Numbered from the stretch's first letter, positions 9,847 through 20,555 are shown. The stretch is 32,000 nt of DNA from Methanosphaera stadtmanae DSM 3091 (GCF_000012545.1 NC_007681.1:120001-152000), one strand, 5' to 3'. Notes: a model not told the origin generated them from the letters alone. Program-made: numbers and translations.

Positions 9847-10350
9847 ATGGAAAAAAGTTTAGATTTTAATGAAATTTTCTTTGGTGACATTAAGGAATAT
9901 AATAGACTAATTATTAGTTTACTAGAATCTCTAAGAAATATTACACCTATAACATTCTGGAATATGGATCAATCAGAATCTGATGATTTATCAACAACAA
10001 TTGCACTGGAAATTATAGATTTAATTCTTGAATCATATGAAAAAGTAGCAGATAATCTCTATTCAAATGATTTAGCAGTACATGAATTTCCAATATTTTT
10101 AGAAACAAAGGAAATGATTGAATGTTTACTTATGGATCCATTTTATGAATGTGATGAATTTATTAATCTTGCAATTACATTATCCTCAGAATTTTTCACA
10201 TTACTAGAGATAAAACTACTTCTTTTTGATGGATATTCCATGGAATTAGAAGCTCCTCAAGAAGTTTTAGATGAATATGATAAGGAATTAAATAATTTTA
10301 TTCATAGATTTAATAATTATAAAGATGAATTTACAAAACTACACAGTTAA
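9847..10350 (+). CDS. hypothetical small acidic protein (167 aa)
   Basis: The ORF has a good RBS (aaggggag, spacing about 6). It is very D/E-rich with no TM segment and no motif I recognise. It is convergent with the thiolase gene. Confidence 0.55.
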   Translation: MEKSLDFNEIFFGDIKEYNRLIISLLESLRNITPITFWNMDQSESDDLSTTIALEIIDLILESYEKVADNLYSNDLAVHEFPIFLETKEMIECLLMDPFYECDEFINLAITLSSEFFTLLEIKLLLFDGYSMELEAPQEVLDEYDKELNNFIHRFNNYKDEFTKLHS

Positions 10351-10399
10351 TCTTCTTTAAACTATTTTTTATAAAAAAAGTAGGGTGAGAAGGGGGAAT

Positions 10400-11572
<1,173 letters not shown>

Positions 11573-11592
11573 TTATTTTATTGTCTTTGTAT

Positions 11593-12633
11593 TTAGTTCA
11601 TTTTTATTTTACCTTTGAATTTAGCATATGTTGCATAGTCAACATAGGTTATTTTTGATTGAATTTCTTCTAAGGTTTTAGCATTGTTACGAACTTCTTC
11701 TATTCTGTCATTTACAGTGATTTTAAATGCATCACTTCCAGCTCCTGATCCATAGGATACTGCGAAGATTTTATCTCCAGGTTTTGCTATATCAAGAATT
11801 GATGCAAGACCAAGTGGTGTTGCTCCAGAATATGTATTTCCAATATTTGGTGTTAATAGACCTTGTTTGTATTGGTCTTCTGTGAAGCCAAGTTTTCTTG
11901 CAACTCTTATATAGAATTTTCCATTTGGTTGGTGGAATACTGCATAATCATAATCTTTAGCAGTAGTTCCAGTTTCTTCTAACATTCTATTTGCTGCTCC
12001 AAGTACATGTTTGAAGTATGCTGGCTGACCTGTGAATCTTCCACCGTGTGATGGATATGCTTGTCCTTCACGTCTATAAAAGTCAGGAGTATCTGTTGTA
12101 AAACTGCATGTGTGTTCAATATCAGCTATAGTGTTATCTTCACCAATAATATATGCTGCTCCACCTGCAGATGCTGTGTATTCAAGAGCATCTCCTGGAG
12201 CTCCCTGTGATGTATCAGCACCTATTGCTAATCCATATTTTATCATTCCAGATTTTACAAGTCCTACTGCAGCTTGTATACCTGCAGTTCCTGCTTTACA
12301 TGCAAATTCTAAGTCTGCTGCTGTTAAGTTAGGTGATGCTCTTATTGCATCTGCGACTATTGTTGCGGTTGGTTTTACTGCATATGGGTGTGATTCTGAT
12401 CCTACATAGATTGCACCAATATCTTGAGGATCTATTTCAGCTCGTTGTAAAGCTCGTCTTGCAGCTTCTACTGATATTGTAATAGTATCTTCATCTGGTC
12501 CTGGTACTGATTTTTGATTTACGACTAATCCTTTTGAAATAGATTTTGGGTCATCTCCCCATACTTTAGCAATTTCTTCTACTTTTATTCTGTAAGAGGG
12601 GATATGCGCTCCATATCCAACGATTCCTGTCAT
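11593..12633 (-). CDS. hydroxymethylglutaryl-CoA synthase (archaeal type)
   Basis: Catalytic Cys context EFACKAGT, plus [11 protein letters not shown] and [11 protein letters not shown]. There is a 32-nt gap to the thiolase gene on the same strand. Confidence 0.9.
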   Translation of the reverse strand: MTGIVGYGAHIPSYRIKVEEIAKVWGDDPKSISKGLVVNQKSVPGPDEDTITISVEAARRALQRAEIDPQDIGAIYVGSESHPYAVKPTATIVADAIRASPNLTAADLEFACKAGTAGIQAAVGLVKSGMIKYGLAIGADTSQGAPGDALEYTASAGGAAYIIGEDNTIADIEHTCSFTTDTPDFYRREGQAYPSHGGRFTGQPAYFKHVLGAANRMLEETGTTAKDYDYAVFHQPNGKFYIRVARKLGFTEDQYKQGLLTPNIGNTYSGATPLGLASILDIAKPGDKIFAVSYGSGAGSDAFKITVNDRIEEVRNNAKTLEEIQSKITYVDYATYAKFKGKIKMN

Positions 12634-12970
12634 TTTATCACCTTACTAATATTATATTCAATAATAGTTTCTTTCTGTAATTACAGTTAAATTATATATA
12701 GATAATTTTATATTAGATTCTATTATTTTTTTTATCTGTATTAATTAAACTTTAGTTTATTCAAGTTAATATATTTACGTTATTTTTTTCTAGTTCAATA
12801 GGTTATATTATAAATATGGATTTTTATTTTTTCCTGTTTGGGGGGTATTTTATATATTAAATCTATTTTTTTCATTGTTTTATTTTTTAGTTTTATTTCT
12901 AAGTTTATGAGATTTTCATGTTTTATTTTTTTTTATTTTGAAAAAACAGTAATTTCTTATTTATAGAAGA

Positions 12971-12994
12971 ATATAATATAATATAATATAATAT
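12971..12994. repeat. (ATATA)n pentanucleotide microsatellite, about 4.8 units, in the divergent promoter region
   Basis: atataatataatataatataatat read directly from the sequence. It lies 30-50 nt upstream of the ATG at 13024, so it forms overlapping TATA-like boxes. Confidence 0.8.
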
Positions 12995-13023
12995 TTAATT
13001 TGTAATGGTGAGGACTTTTTAAA

Positions 13024-13686
13024 ATGAGTACTGTAGCAGTAGTTATAAAAACAGAAGAAAAATCAGGAGTATTACATGGTATTGCAGATAAGTTATATGA
13101 AAGAAATTATAATATAATCTATACTCATCTATTTCTTGAAGATAATTTTGGAAAGATATATATGGAGATTACTGGTGTAGATGATATGAGTGATCTTCTT
13201 AGATATATTTCTAATATTCCAAATGTTGTGGAAGTTCATGCTCATAAAACACTTTATGAAACATTTGGTAAACGTGTGATAGTTGTTGGTGATGGAGAAA
13301 TAATGGCTAAAACACTACAGGGTGGTATTATGGAAGCTGAATTACATAATGCTCATGGTGAAACTATTAGTGTTGATGGTATGATTATTGGTGGTGGAGT
13401 TGAAATTCAAGAAGCAATTCATTCTTTAGATAAACTTCCAAGAATCAATGCTTTGGTTTTATCAGGTAGTATGATGGGTGGTTTAATTACTGATGAGATT
13501 ATTAAGTTAAAGGAAAATAATAATGATCTTAAAATAGTTTCAATTGATATGTTAGGTGATTTAGATTCGGTTGTTGATTTAGTTGTTAATGATCCTGTTC
13601 AGGCTGGAGCTATGGCTGTTAAATTAATTTCTGATATTGATTCATATGATGATGTACTACTTGATAATAAATTCTTGAAAAGTTAG
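13024..13686 (+). CDS. ACT-domain protein with a conserved C-terminal domain of unknown function
   Basis: The N-terminal ~75 aa have the ACT beta-alpha-beta-beta-alpha-beta look (VAVVIKTEEKSGVLHGIADKL...IYMEITGV). The C-terminal half begins GKRVIVVGDGEI and looks Rossmann-like. Confidence 0.6.
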   Translation: MSTVAVVIKTEEKSGVLHGIADKLYERNYNIIYTHLFLEDNFGKIYMEITGVDDMSDLLRYISNIPNVVEVHAHKTLYETFGKRVIVVGDGEIMAKTLQGGIMEAELHNAHGETISVDGMIIGGGVEIQEAIHSLDKLPRINALVLSGSMMGGLITDEIIKLKENNNDLKIVSIDMLGDLDSVVDLVVNDPVQAGAMAVKLISDIDSYDDVLLDNKFLKS

Positions 13687-13722
13687 ATTAAATTAATATA
13701 ATAAATAATTTGGAGGTATATT

Positions 13723-14625
13723 ATGTATGATCCAGAACCTAGAGGATTTAATCCTCTGCGACTGATTATTATAATGGTTATTGCAGTTGTTATTATAATG
13801 GGTGTAACTGTAGCATTAAATGGAAATTCATCAAATAATGAGCCTGTGGAAAATAATACAACAGCACCCCCAGCTGAGGTAAATCCTATTGAGAAGTCTG
13901 TTGTTGTTAATAATTCATATGGTGTTGTTACTAAGATGTCAGGTTATGGTAATAAAACATCGGATATTCATGTGGCTTTGATTGTAGGGGTTGATGTGAA
14001 AACTCCGGCTTCAAATGTTGTTGTTTCAACACTTGAAAATTCAAAAAATCTAAAATATGCATATGATATATACGTCATTGAACCAACAAATGATACAAAT
14101 ATAAATAACACTACTAATAATTCAAATAACCTTACATTAAACAATAAAACTGAAGCTTTAGCTGATGAATCTGTAGTGCCAGATATAATTAGCAACAACT
14201 ATAATTTCTCTATGGATATTCATGGAGTTTCAGATTCTAACTCATTTGTATTTGTACCATCAGAGGACACCTACACATCTAAGAAAGTAGTTACAGCTAT
14301 ATCAAACAATACTGATGTTGGAGTATACACACCAAGTAGTTATACATATGCAAGGTATGTGTCAATACCTTTAATTTCAAATAACATTCCATCAGTAGTT
14401 TATATGACTAGTCAATACAATACAAATGGAACATCTAGTGAGATTGGGGATGTGATAGGTGCTGTTGATAACTTCGACTTTGAACATTTAGATGATAGTT
14501 TAAATAACACAACTACTAATGACACCTCACAAAATACAAGTAATGTTAATTCCTCAAATAATAATTCCTCATCAGATTTAAATAACAGTACACAAACTGA
14601 TGGAAATTCTGAAATAATTGACTAG
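13723..14625 (+). CDS. membrane-anchored Asn/Ser/Thr-rich extracellular protein, probably a glycoprotein
   Basis: A single N-terminal TM helix (LRLIIIMVIAVVIIMGVTVAL) is followed by N/T/S-rich sequence. I counted about 23 N-X-S/T sequons by hand. An RBS tggaggt precedes the ATG. It starts 36 nt after the ACT gene. Confidence 0.7.
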   Translation: MYDPEPRGFNPLRLIIIMVIAVVIIMGVTVALNGNSSNNEPVENNTTAPPAEVNPIEKSVVVNNSYGVVTKMSGYGNKTSDIHVALIVGVDVKTPASNVVVSTLENSKNLKYAYDIYVIEPTNDTNINNTTNNSNNLTLNNKTEALADESVVPDIISNNYNFSMDIHGVSDSNSFVFVPSEDTYTSKKVVTAISNNTDVGVYTPSSYTYARYVSIPLISNNIPSVVYMTSQYNTNGTSSEIGDVIGAVDNFDFEHLDDSLNNTTTNDTSQNTSNVNSSNNNSSSDLNNSTQTDGNSEIID

Positions 14626-14762
14626 GTATATTTATATGATAAATATGATTTTTTTAGATTAATATTTTTCATATAAAGAATTTTTTATTTCTTTTTCTTT
14701 TTTTTAACTTTTATTTTAATTGATTTTTATTTTGATATTTTATATAACAATATTTATATGTA

Positions 14763-14784
14763 CATATGAACAAATATTCATATG
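14763..14784. promoter_or_regulatory. inverted-repeat operator candidate for the ArsR/SmtB regulator
   Basis: CATATGAA-CAAATA-TTCATATG has perfect 8-bp arms with a TGAA-N6-TTCA core. It overlaps a 12-bp palindrome ATATGTACATAT (14756-14767) and lies just downstream of a TATA-like tatttatat. It ends at the RBS (GAGGAG) of the regulator gene. Confidence 0.6.
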
Positions 14785-14797
14785 AGGAGTGGTTGAG

Positions 14798-15172
14798 ATG
14801 AAAGAAGATAACTTATTCAATGTCGGAGATGACACATGTGATATAACAGTATTACATGAAAAACCAATAAGAAGAGCAAAAGAACAATTAATGAGTGAAA
14901 ATACATACATGGAATTATCTGAGACATTTAAAATCTTTGGAAATCCAACAAGACTTAAAATTCTATCATTATTGTCTGTAGAAGACTTGTGTGTATGTGA
15001 TATATGTGAAATATTAAATATGAGTCAATCAGCAGTATCACATCAACTAAGAACATTAAGAAGTAAAAATCTAGTAAAATATACAAAAGAAGGAAAACAA
15101 GCAAGATACTCTCTAGCAGATAAACATGTTGTACAAATATTAAAAATAGGAATAGAACATGTATTAGAATAA
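14798..15172 (+). CDS. ArsR/SmtB-family metal-responsive repressor
   Basis: wHTH with an alpha3 motif LCVCDICEIL. The alpha5 motif D-x-H-x10-H-x2-E is present as DKHVVQILKIGIEHVLE. There is an N-terminal Cys (DDTCD). The track start is GTG 14789; ATG 14798 with GAGGAG 8 nt upstream is preferred. Confidence 0.85.
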   Translation: MKEDNLFNVGDDTCDITVLHEKPIRRAKEQLMSENTYMELSETFKIFGNPTRLKILSLLSVEDLCVCDICEILNMSQSAVSHQLRTLRSKNLVKYTKEGKQARYSLADKHVVQILKIGIEHVLE

Positions 15173-15211
15173 ATAAGGTATAAGATAATTATTTTTTTAG
15201 AAGGTGTATAA

Positions 15212-17506
15212 ATGGAACACAATAATAAATGTTATGATCCTGATTGTAAAAATGAGGAATGTTTTAATCCAGAACATTTTAATTTCATATGTATGGATCC
15301 CAATTGTGAAATGGTTCATTGTGAAAAAAATGCTCACTACAATAAGGATCTATTAAAAAACTTCCAAGAAAAAACAAATTTCAAAGAATATGAACATAAC
15401 AACGTTGATACTAAAGTAGATAAAATATGTGACTGTGCAGACGACTGTTGTACTGGTAATACACACCATGAACACAACCATGAACATAATCATGAACACA
15501 ACCATGAACACAATCACGAGGACTGTTGTGATGATGATTGTTGTAGTGATATAAAAATATGTAACTGTGGAGATTGTGATGATGATGATGAAGAGGAAGA
15601 AGAAGTAATTAAAGAAGGAATACCTCTTCTTAAAAATCGTTCAATACAAATTATAGTAAGTAGTGGAATACTATTTGCACTAGGACACTTACTTGAATAC
15701 TTCTCAGTATTTGGGGGAACTCTTGCAACAGTAATATTTGCAATAGGTGCAATAATAGCAGGATATGATATTGCAAAAATGGCAAAAAAAGCAGTGTTTA
15801 CAAGACATACAATAACTCCAGCAGTATTGATGTGTATTGCAGCAGTAGCATCATTTTTAATAGGTCATCCTGAAGAAGGTGCTGCTGTAACATTTTTATA
15901 CTTTATAGCAGAATTCTTAGAAGATTATTCAGAACAAAGAGCACAACATTCAATTAAATCATTGGTAGAAATAGCACCTGAAAAAGCACGTCTGAAAGTA
16001 GGAAACACTGTAGAAACAGTATCTATTGATGAGGTTAAAGTAGGAGAAATTGTAATAGTAAAACCAGGGGATAAAGTACCATTAGATGGTAAGGTAATAG
16101 AAGGAGTATCTACAATCAACCAATCATCAATTACTGGAGAGAGCATACCAGTAACAAAAACAATTAAAGATAAAGTATTTGCAGGAACAGTAAATCAAGA
16201 TGGATATCTTGAAATAGAAGTTACAAAAGCATCAAAAGATAGTGTAATATCTAAGATTGTAACACTGGTAAAACAATCACAACTAAATAGATCACACACA
16301 GAAACATATGTTGAAAAAATAGCAAAATACTATACTCCAGCAATAATTATAATAACCATATGTGTAGCAATAATTCCGCCATTATTCTTTGGAGAAAACA
16401 TTGTAGATTGGATATACAGGGCATTATCCCTTATGGTAATATCATGTCCATGTGCATTTTTAATATCAACACCAATTGGAATGGTCTCTTCAATAACCTC
16501 TGCAACAAGACAAGGAGTGTTAATTAAGGGAAGTAGCTATGTTGAAGAAATGCGTAATATTAAAGCAGTAATATTTGATAAAACAGGTACTTTAACCGAA
16601 GGAAAACTTGAAATTATGGATATTGATGTTTTAGATGATAAATATACAAAAGATGATTTAATAGAAATAGCATCTTCTCTTGAAAAAAAATCTACACATC
16701 CTATAGCAACAGCAATAGTAAATCATGCTAAAGACAATAATCTTCAAATTAAAGAAGTTAAAAACTTTAAAAATATTCCAGGAAAAGGTATTGTAGGATA
16801 CATTAATAACAAACAATACTATGCAGCAAATGAATCACTTATAGAGAATAGTGAATTTATAGTATCAAGAGAAACAGTAATTAACTATGCTAGTGATGGA
16901 AAAACTGTTGTCTTTATAGGAAATGAAGAAAAAGTCATAGGTATAATCACTGTAATGGATAAAATTAGAGATGAATCTGAAGAAGTAATCAGAAACTTAA
17001 ATAATGCTGGTGTAAAAACAGTAATGTTAACTGGAGATAATAAAATTGCAGCCCATGCTGTATCAGATAAAATAGGTGTAACTTATATCTACTCAGACCT
17101 ATTACCTGAAGATAAATTGAATATAGTTGATACTATACGGAATAAATTTGGTGATGTTGCAATGGTGGGAGATGGAATAAATGATGCACCAGCACTTGCA
17201 AGATCTAATGTTGGAATTGCAATGGGTGCTGCAGGATCTGATGTTGCAATAGAAACTGCAGATGTAGCACTTATGCAGGATGATTTAACAAAGTTACCTT
17301 ACTTATTTAGTTTAAGTACTAAAACAATGAGTATTATTAAACAAAATATTATAACAGCAATATCAGTTAAATTTCTATTTGTAATACTAGCTATACTTGG
17401 TTTAATTACTTTGATGATGGCAGTAGGTATTGGAGATATGGGATTAACGCTTCTTGTTATTCTAAACTCATTTAGAATTGGAAGAGTTAAAGATCCTATT
17501 TTCTAA
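15212..17506 (+). CDS. P1B-type heavy-metal-translocating ATPase (Zn/Cd/Pb-type signatures) with a non-HMA Cys/His-rich N-terminal extension
   Basis: DKTGTLT, TGES, GDGINDAPAL. TM signatures are SCPCAFLISTP (CPC-x4-S-x-P), N-x7-K (NIITAISVK) and DxG (GDMG). The N-terminal ~135 aa lack GMxCxxC. Confidence 0.9.
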   Translation: MEHNNKCYDPDCKNEECFNPEHFNFICMDPNCEMVHCEKNAHYNKDLLKNFQEKTNFKEYEHNNVDTKVDKICDCADDCCTGNTHHEHNHEHNHEHNHEHNHEDCCDDDCCSDIKICNCGDCDDDDEEEEEVIKEGIPLLKNRSIQIIVSSGILFALGHLLEYFSVFGGTLATVIFAIGAIIAGYDIAKMAKKAVFTRHTITPAVLMCIAAVASFLIGHPEEGAAVTFLYFIAEFLEDYSEQRAQHSIKSLVEIAPEKARLKVGNTVETVSIDEVKVGEIVIVKPGDKVPLDGKVIEGVSTINQSSITGESIPVTKTIKDKVFAGTVNQDGYLEIEVTKASKDSVISKIVTLVKQSQLNRSHTETYVEKIAKYYTPAIIIITICVAIIPPLFFGENIVDWIYRALSLMVISCPCAFLISTPIGMVSSITSATRQGVLIKGSSYVEEMRNIKAVIFDKTGTLTEGKLEIMDIDVLDDKYTKDDLIEIASSLEKKSTHPIATAIVNHAKDNNLQIKEVKNFKNIPGKGIVGYINNKQYYAANESLIENSEFIVSRETVINYASDGKTVVFIGNEEKVIGIITVMDKIRDESEEVIRNLNNAGVKTVMLTGDNKIAAHAVSDKIGVTYIYSDLLPEDKLNIVDTIRNKFGDVAMVGDGINDAPALARSNVGIAMGAAGSDVAIETADVALMQDDLTKLPYLFSLSTKTMSIIKQNIITAISVKFLFVILAILGLITLMMAVGIGDMGLTLLVILNSFRIGRVKDPIF
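15464..15520 (+). repeat. in-frame 12-nt tandem repeat encoding (HEHN)x4 within the ATPase N-terminus
   Basis: catgaacacaac / catgaacataat / catgaacacaac / catgaacacaat, then cacgag. This translates to HHEHNHEHNHEHNHEHNHE. Confidence 0.9.
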
Positions 17507-17856
17507 TGGAATTTATAGGTTATATAGAATAAGTAGAATATGATATGAAATTAAGGAATTATTATTAATTATTTTCTTTAATTATCCTATTTTATTTTTT
17601 AATTTCATTTTTTAGTAAATTATTTTTATTTAATATAAATAAGGATTCATGAATCATATTTTATTTTATTTTTTTTAAAAATCTTATTTTAATTTTTCAG
17701 TCTTAATTTAAGTTTTATTTTCTGATTTTATTATTTTTTATAGTATTTTATTATATCTAAGGGTATTACTTTAATATCTGTCATATTAAAGGCTAAATAT
17801 TACCATATATTTAAATACTACTATATTGTAATATAATATATATTGGAGGTGAAAAT

Positions 17857-18063
17857 ATGGCTGAGTTACCAATTGCTCCTGTAGGCAGATTATTAAAAAA
17901 TGCAGGTGCTAGCAGAATAAGTGATGATGCTAAAGAAGAATTAGCAGAAGTACTCGAAACATTCGGTACATCCATCGCAGAAGATGCAGTAAAACTTGCA
18001 AAACATGCAGGTAGAAAAACTGTTAAAGCATCCGACATTGAGTTAGCATGCAGAGACTTATAA
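17857..18063 (+). CDS. archaeal histone (HMf family)
   Basis: The 68-aa product [34 protein letters not shown]...[16 protein letters not shown] is closely similar to HMfA/B. An RBS tggaggtga precedes the ATG. Confidence 0.95.
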   Translation: MAELPIAPVGRLLKNAGASRISDDAKEELAEVLETFGTSIAEDAVKLAKHAGRKTVKASDIELACRDL

Positions 18064-18232
18064 AAACAACTTGTTTTTATGTTTTATTTTTTCTTTTTTT
18101 ATAGGAATCTTTATAGGCATTCTTTTGGTCTTCAATTAATTTGTGTTTACAGGGGACTAACCACAATCTTTATATATTACTTTGTAAATATATAATAATG
18201 CTTACTAAAAGTTAATAATTATTTTTGTTTTT

Positions 18233-18303
18233 GCCAAGGTTACCGAGTGGCTAGGTGTGTGGCTGCAGACCATAATACTTGGGTTCAAATCCCAACCTTG
18301 GCT
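18233..18303 (+). tRNA. tRNA-Cys (anticodon GCA)
   Basis: Hand-folded cloverleaf. Acceptor stem GCCAAGG/CCTTGGC. D stem ACCG/AGGT with a 13:22 mismatch. Anticodon stem TGTGG/CCATA with loop CTGCAGA. 4-nt variable loop. T arm TTGGG-TTCAAAT-CCCAA. Discriminator U73. No encoded CCA. Confidence 0.9.
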
Positions 18304-18405
18304 TTTATTATAAATTCTAATTTTAAATAAAATTTTATAGTTTTAATTATAGATATATGTATTATTATTATAATTTTCTAAATTATTTTAGGAGTATTTT
18401 ATATC

Positions 18406-19776
18406 ATGATTAAAGTATACAGTACAATGACTCGTCAAAAAGAAGAGTTGAAAGTAACTAACAATAAAATTAAATTATTTGTATGTGGACCTACAGTGTA
18501 TGATTACTCACATATTGGTCATGCAAGAACATATATCTCATTTGATGTAATAGTAAGATATCTTAAACATGAAGGATATTCAGTATTTTATTTACAAAAT
18601 ATTACAGATATTGATGATAAAATTATAAAAAGAGCAAAGGAAAATAATGAAGATCCACTAGAATTATCTCATAGATTTGAAAAAGAATACCTTAAAGACA
18701 TGGAAACATTAAATGTATCTAATGTAAACTTCTATGCAAGAGCAACAGAACATATGAATGAAATTATTAATCAAATCCAAGATTTAATTGATAAAGGATA
18801 TGCATATGATACAGAAACTGGAGTTTACTTCGATGTATCTAAATTTGAAGATTTTGGTAAATTATCCAACAGAAATCTTGATGATTTACAAAATACAAGA
18901 ATACAAATAGATTCTACTAAAAAAGATCCAAAAGACTTTGCATTATGGAAAAAACAGGATGAACAACCTTACTGGGAATCTCCATGGGGTAATGGAAGAC
19001 CAGGATGGCATATTGAAGATACTGCAATAACAGAAGCATACTTTGGTCCTCAATATGATATACATGGAGGAGGATTAGATTTAATATTCCCTCATCATGA
19101 TGCAGAAATAGCTCAAATGGAAGCATCCTCTGGTAAGGAACCATTAGTAGAATACTGGATGCACACTGGATTTTTAAATGTGTCTGGTGAAAAAATGAGT
19201 AAATCCTTGGGAAACTTCATTACTATTAAAGAATTGTTAGAAATAGTTACTCCCGAAGTTTACAGGTTCTTTGTATTATCTACTCATTATAGAAGCCCTA
19301 TTGATTTTAGTGAAGATACATTAAAACAAGCTGAAAATAGTCTTAAAAGAATTCAAAATACTGGTAAAATCATCATAGATAAATTAACTGAAGATAATTT
19401 ACCTGAAGGAAAAGTACTTGATGAGGACTTAGAATTATTTAAGGAAGAATTCTTCAATGCAATGAACAATGATTTCAACACACCTATTGCTTTATCTAAT
19501 TTATTTGATTTTACCCATAAGATAAATAAGGCAATTAGTAGTAATGAAGTATCAAGAAATACTCTAAATAATATAGTTGAAACATTTAAGGATATTGAAT
19601 CTATACTTGGATTTGATATAATAGTTGAGGATGATATGGTTTCTGATGTATCAGGAGATTTATTAAATATTATCACTGAAATTAGAGAAGATCTTCGTTC
19701 TAAAAAGGATTGGGATTTAGCTGATAAAATTAGGGATGAATTGGCAAATCTTGATATTACATTAGAGGATAAATAA
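18406..19776 (+). CDS. cysS: cysteine--tRNA ligase
   Basis: HIGH motif (SHIGHART), KMSKS motif (KMSKSLGN), and the CysRS-typical WHIEDTA and HGGGLDLIFPHH. Confidence 0.95.
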   Translation: MIKVYSTMTRQKEELKVTNNKIKLFVCGPTVYDYSHIGHARTYISFDVIVRYLKHEGYSVFYLQNITDIDDKIIKRAKENNEDPLELSHRFEKEYLKDMETLNVSNVNFYARATEHMNEIINQIQDLIDKGYAYDTETGVYFDVSKFEDFGKLSNRNLDDLQNTRIQIDSTKKDPKDFALWKKQDEQPYWESPWGNGRPGWHIEDTAITEAYFGPQYDIHGGGLDLIFPHHDAEIAQMEASSGKEPLVEYWMHTGFLNVSGEKMSKSLGNFITIKELLEIVTPEVYRFFVLSTHYRSPIDFSEDTLKQAENSLKRIQNTGKIIIDKLTEDNLPEGKVLDEDLELFKEEFFNAMNNDFNTPIALSNLFDFTHKINKAISSNEVSRNTLNNIVETFKDIESILGFDIIVEDDMVSDVSGDLLNIITEIREDLRSKKDWDLADKIRDELANLDITLEDK

Positions 19777-19956
19777 TTCTCTTTATTTTTTTTAATAATA
19801 TTTTATAACATTGTTATTGTAGCGATAATGTAATAACAATATCATATTATTTATTAAAAAATTTTAAGTATTATAAACATATATCAAGTATAAAGAAGTA
19901 TAAAAAAATAGTAATTTAATAATAGGTGAATTTCATTGAATGTTAAAAGGAGAGAA

Positions 19957-20541
19957 ATGGGTCAATCAAAAAAGGATGATTTGGCCTATAAAGTATTAAA
20001 GGATATAAAGGCATCCCCTGATTTAGGACTACTTAGATGTGTACAATGTGGAATGTGTGCATCATCATGTCCAGCAGCAAGACACTCAGAATATGATCCA
20101 AGAGTAGTAATAAAACGAGTTCTTGATGATGATAAAACATTACTTGAAGACAAATATATATGGAACTGTTTCTACTGCTACAACTGTCATAGTGTATGTC
20201 CAGTAGGAAACAGTGTATGTGAAGTAAATCAAATACTAAGACAAATGGCAATAGATAAAGACACAGGAAAAAAAGAAATAGAATCATTTATGAGCTTTGC
20301 AGACAGTTTCCTTGATACAGGATTAGGAGTAATACCAAAAGAATATCATAAACAATTATTTAAGGATTATGGACCACATTGGGATAGATTACAACAACAA
20401 CTTGAAGATGTACGTAAAACACTAAATTTAGAAAGTATGTTTTTACTTCCAGAAGCAGAAAAAGAAGTAGATAAAACATTAGAAGCAATAGGATTTAAAA
20501 ACAGAGTTAAGAAAATAAAAGATGTAAGGGACAAGAAATAG
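19957..20541 (+). CDS. hdrC: heterodisulfide reductase subunit C-like (2x[4Fe-4S] ferredoxin-like)
   Basis: CVQCGMCASSCP and CFYCYNCHSVCP. It is followed directly by hdrB- and hdrA-like genes. The track start is TTG 19936; ATG 19957 preceded by aaaggagag is preferred. Confidence 0.75.
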   Translation: MGQSKKDDLAYKVLKDIKASPDLGLLRCVQCGMCASSCPAARHSEYDPRVVIKRVLDDDKTLLEDKYIWNCFYCYNCHSVCPVGNSVCEVNQILRQMAIDKDTGKKEIESFMSFADSFLDTGLGVIPKEYHKQLFKDYGPHWDRLQQQLEDVRKTLNLESMFLLPEAEKEVDKTLEAIGFKNRVKKIKDVRDKK

Positions 20542-20555
20542 TGGGGGAAGAAAGT

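Noticed and set aside
12971-12994. The (ATATA)n tandem repeat, considered as a possible CRISPR or mobile-element remnant.
   Set aside because: It is a 24-nt simple pentanucleotide microsatellite in an A/T-only promoter region, with no spacers and no flanking repeats. It is reported only as a simple repeat.
18233-18303. The tRNA-Cys considered as an integration hotspot for a genomic island, given the nearby metal-resistance cassette and helicase.
   Set aside because: The window contains no integrase, no direct repeat of the tRNA 3' end, and no obvious compositional break around it.
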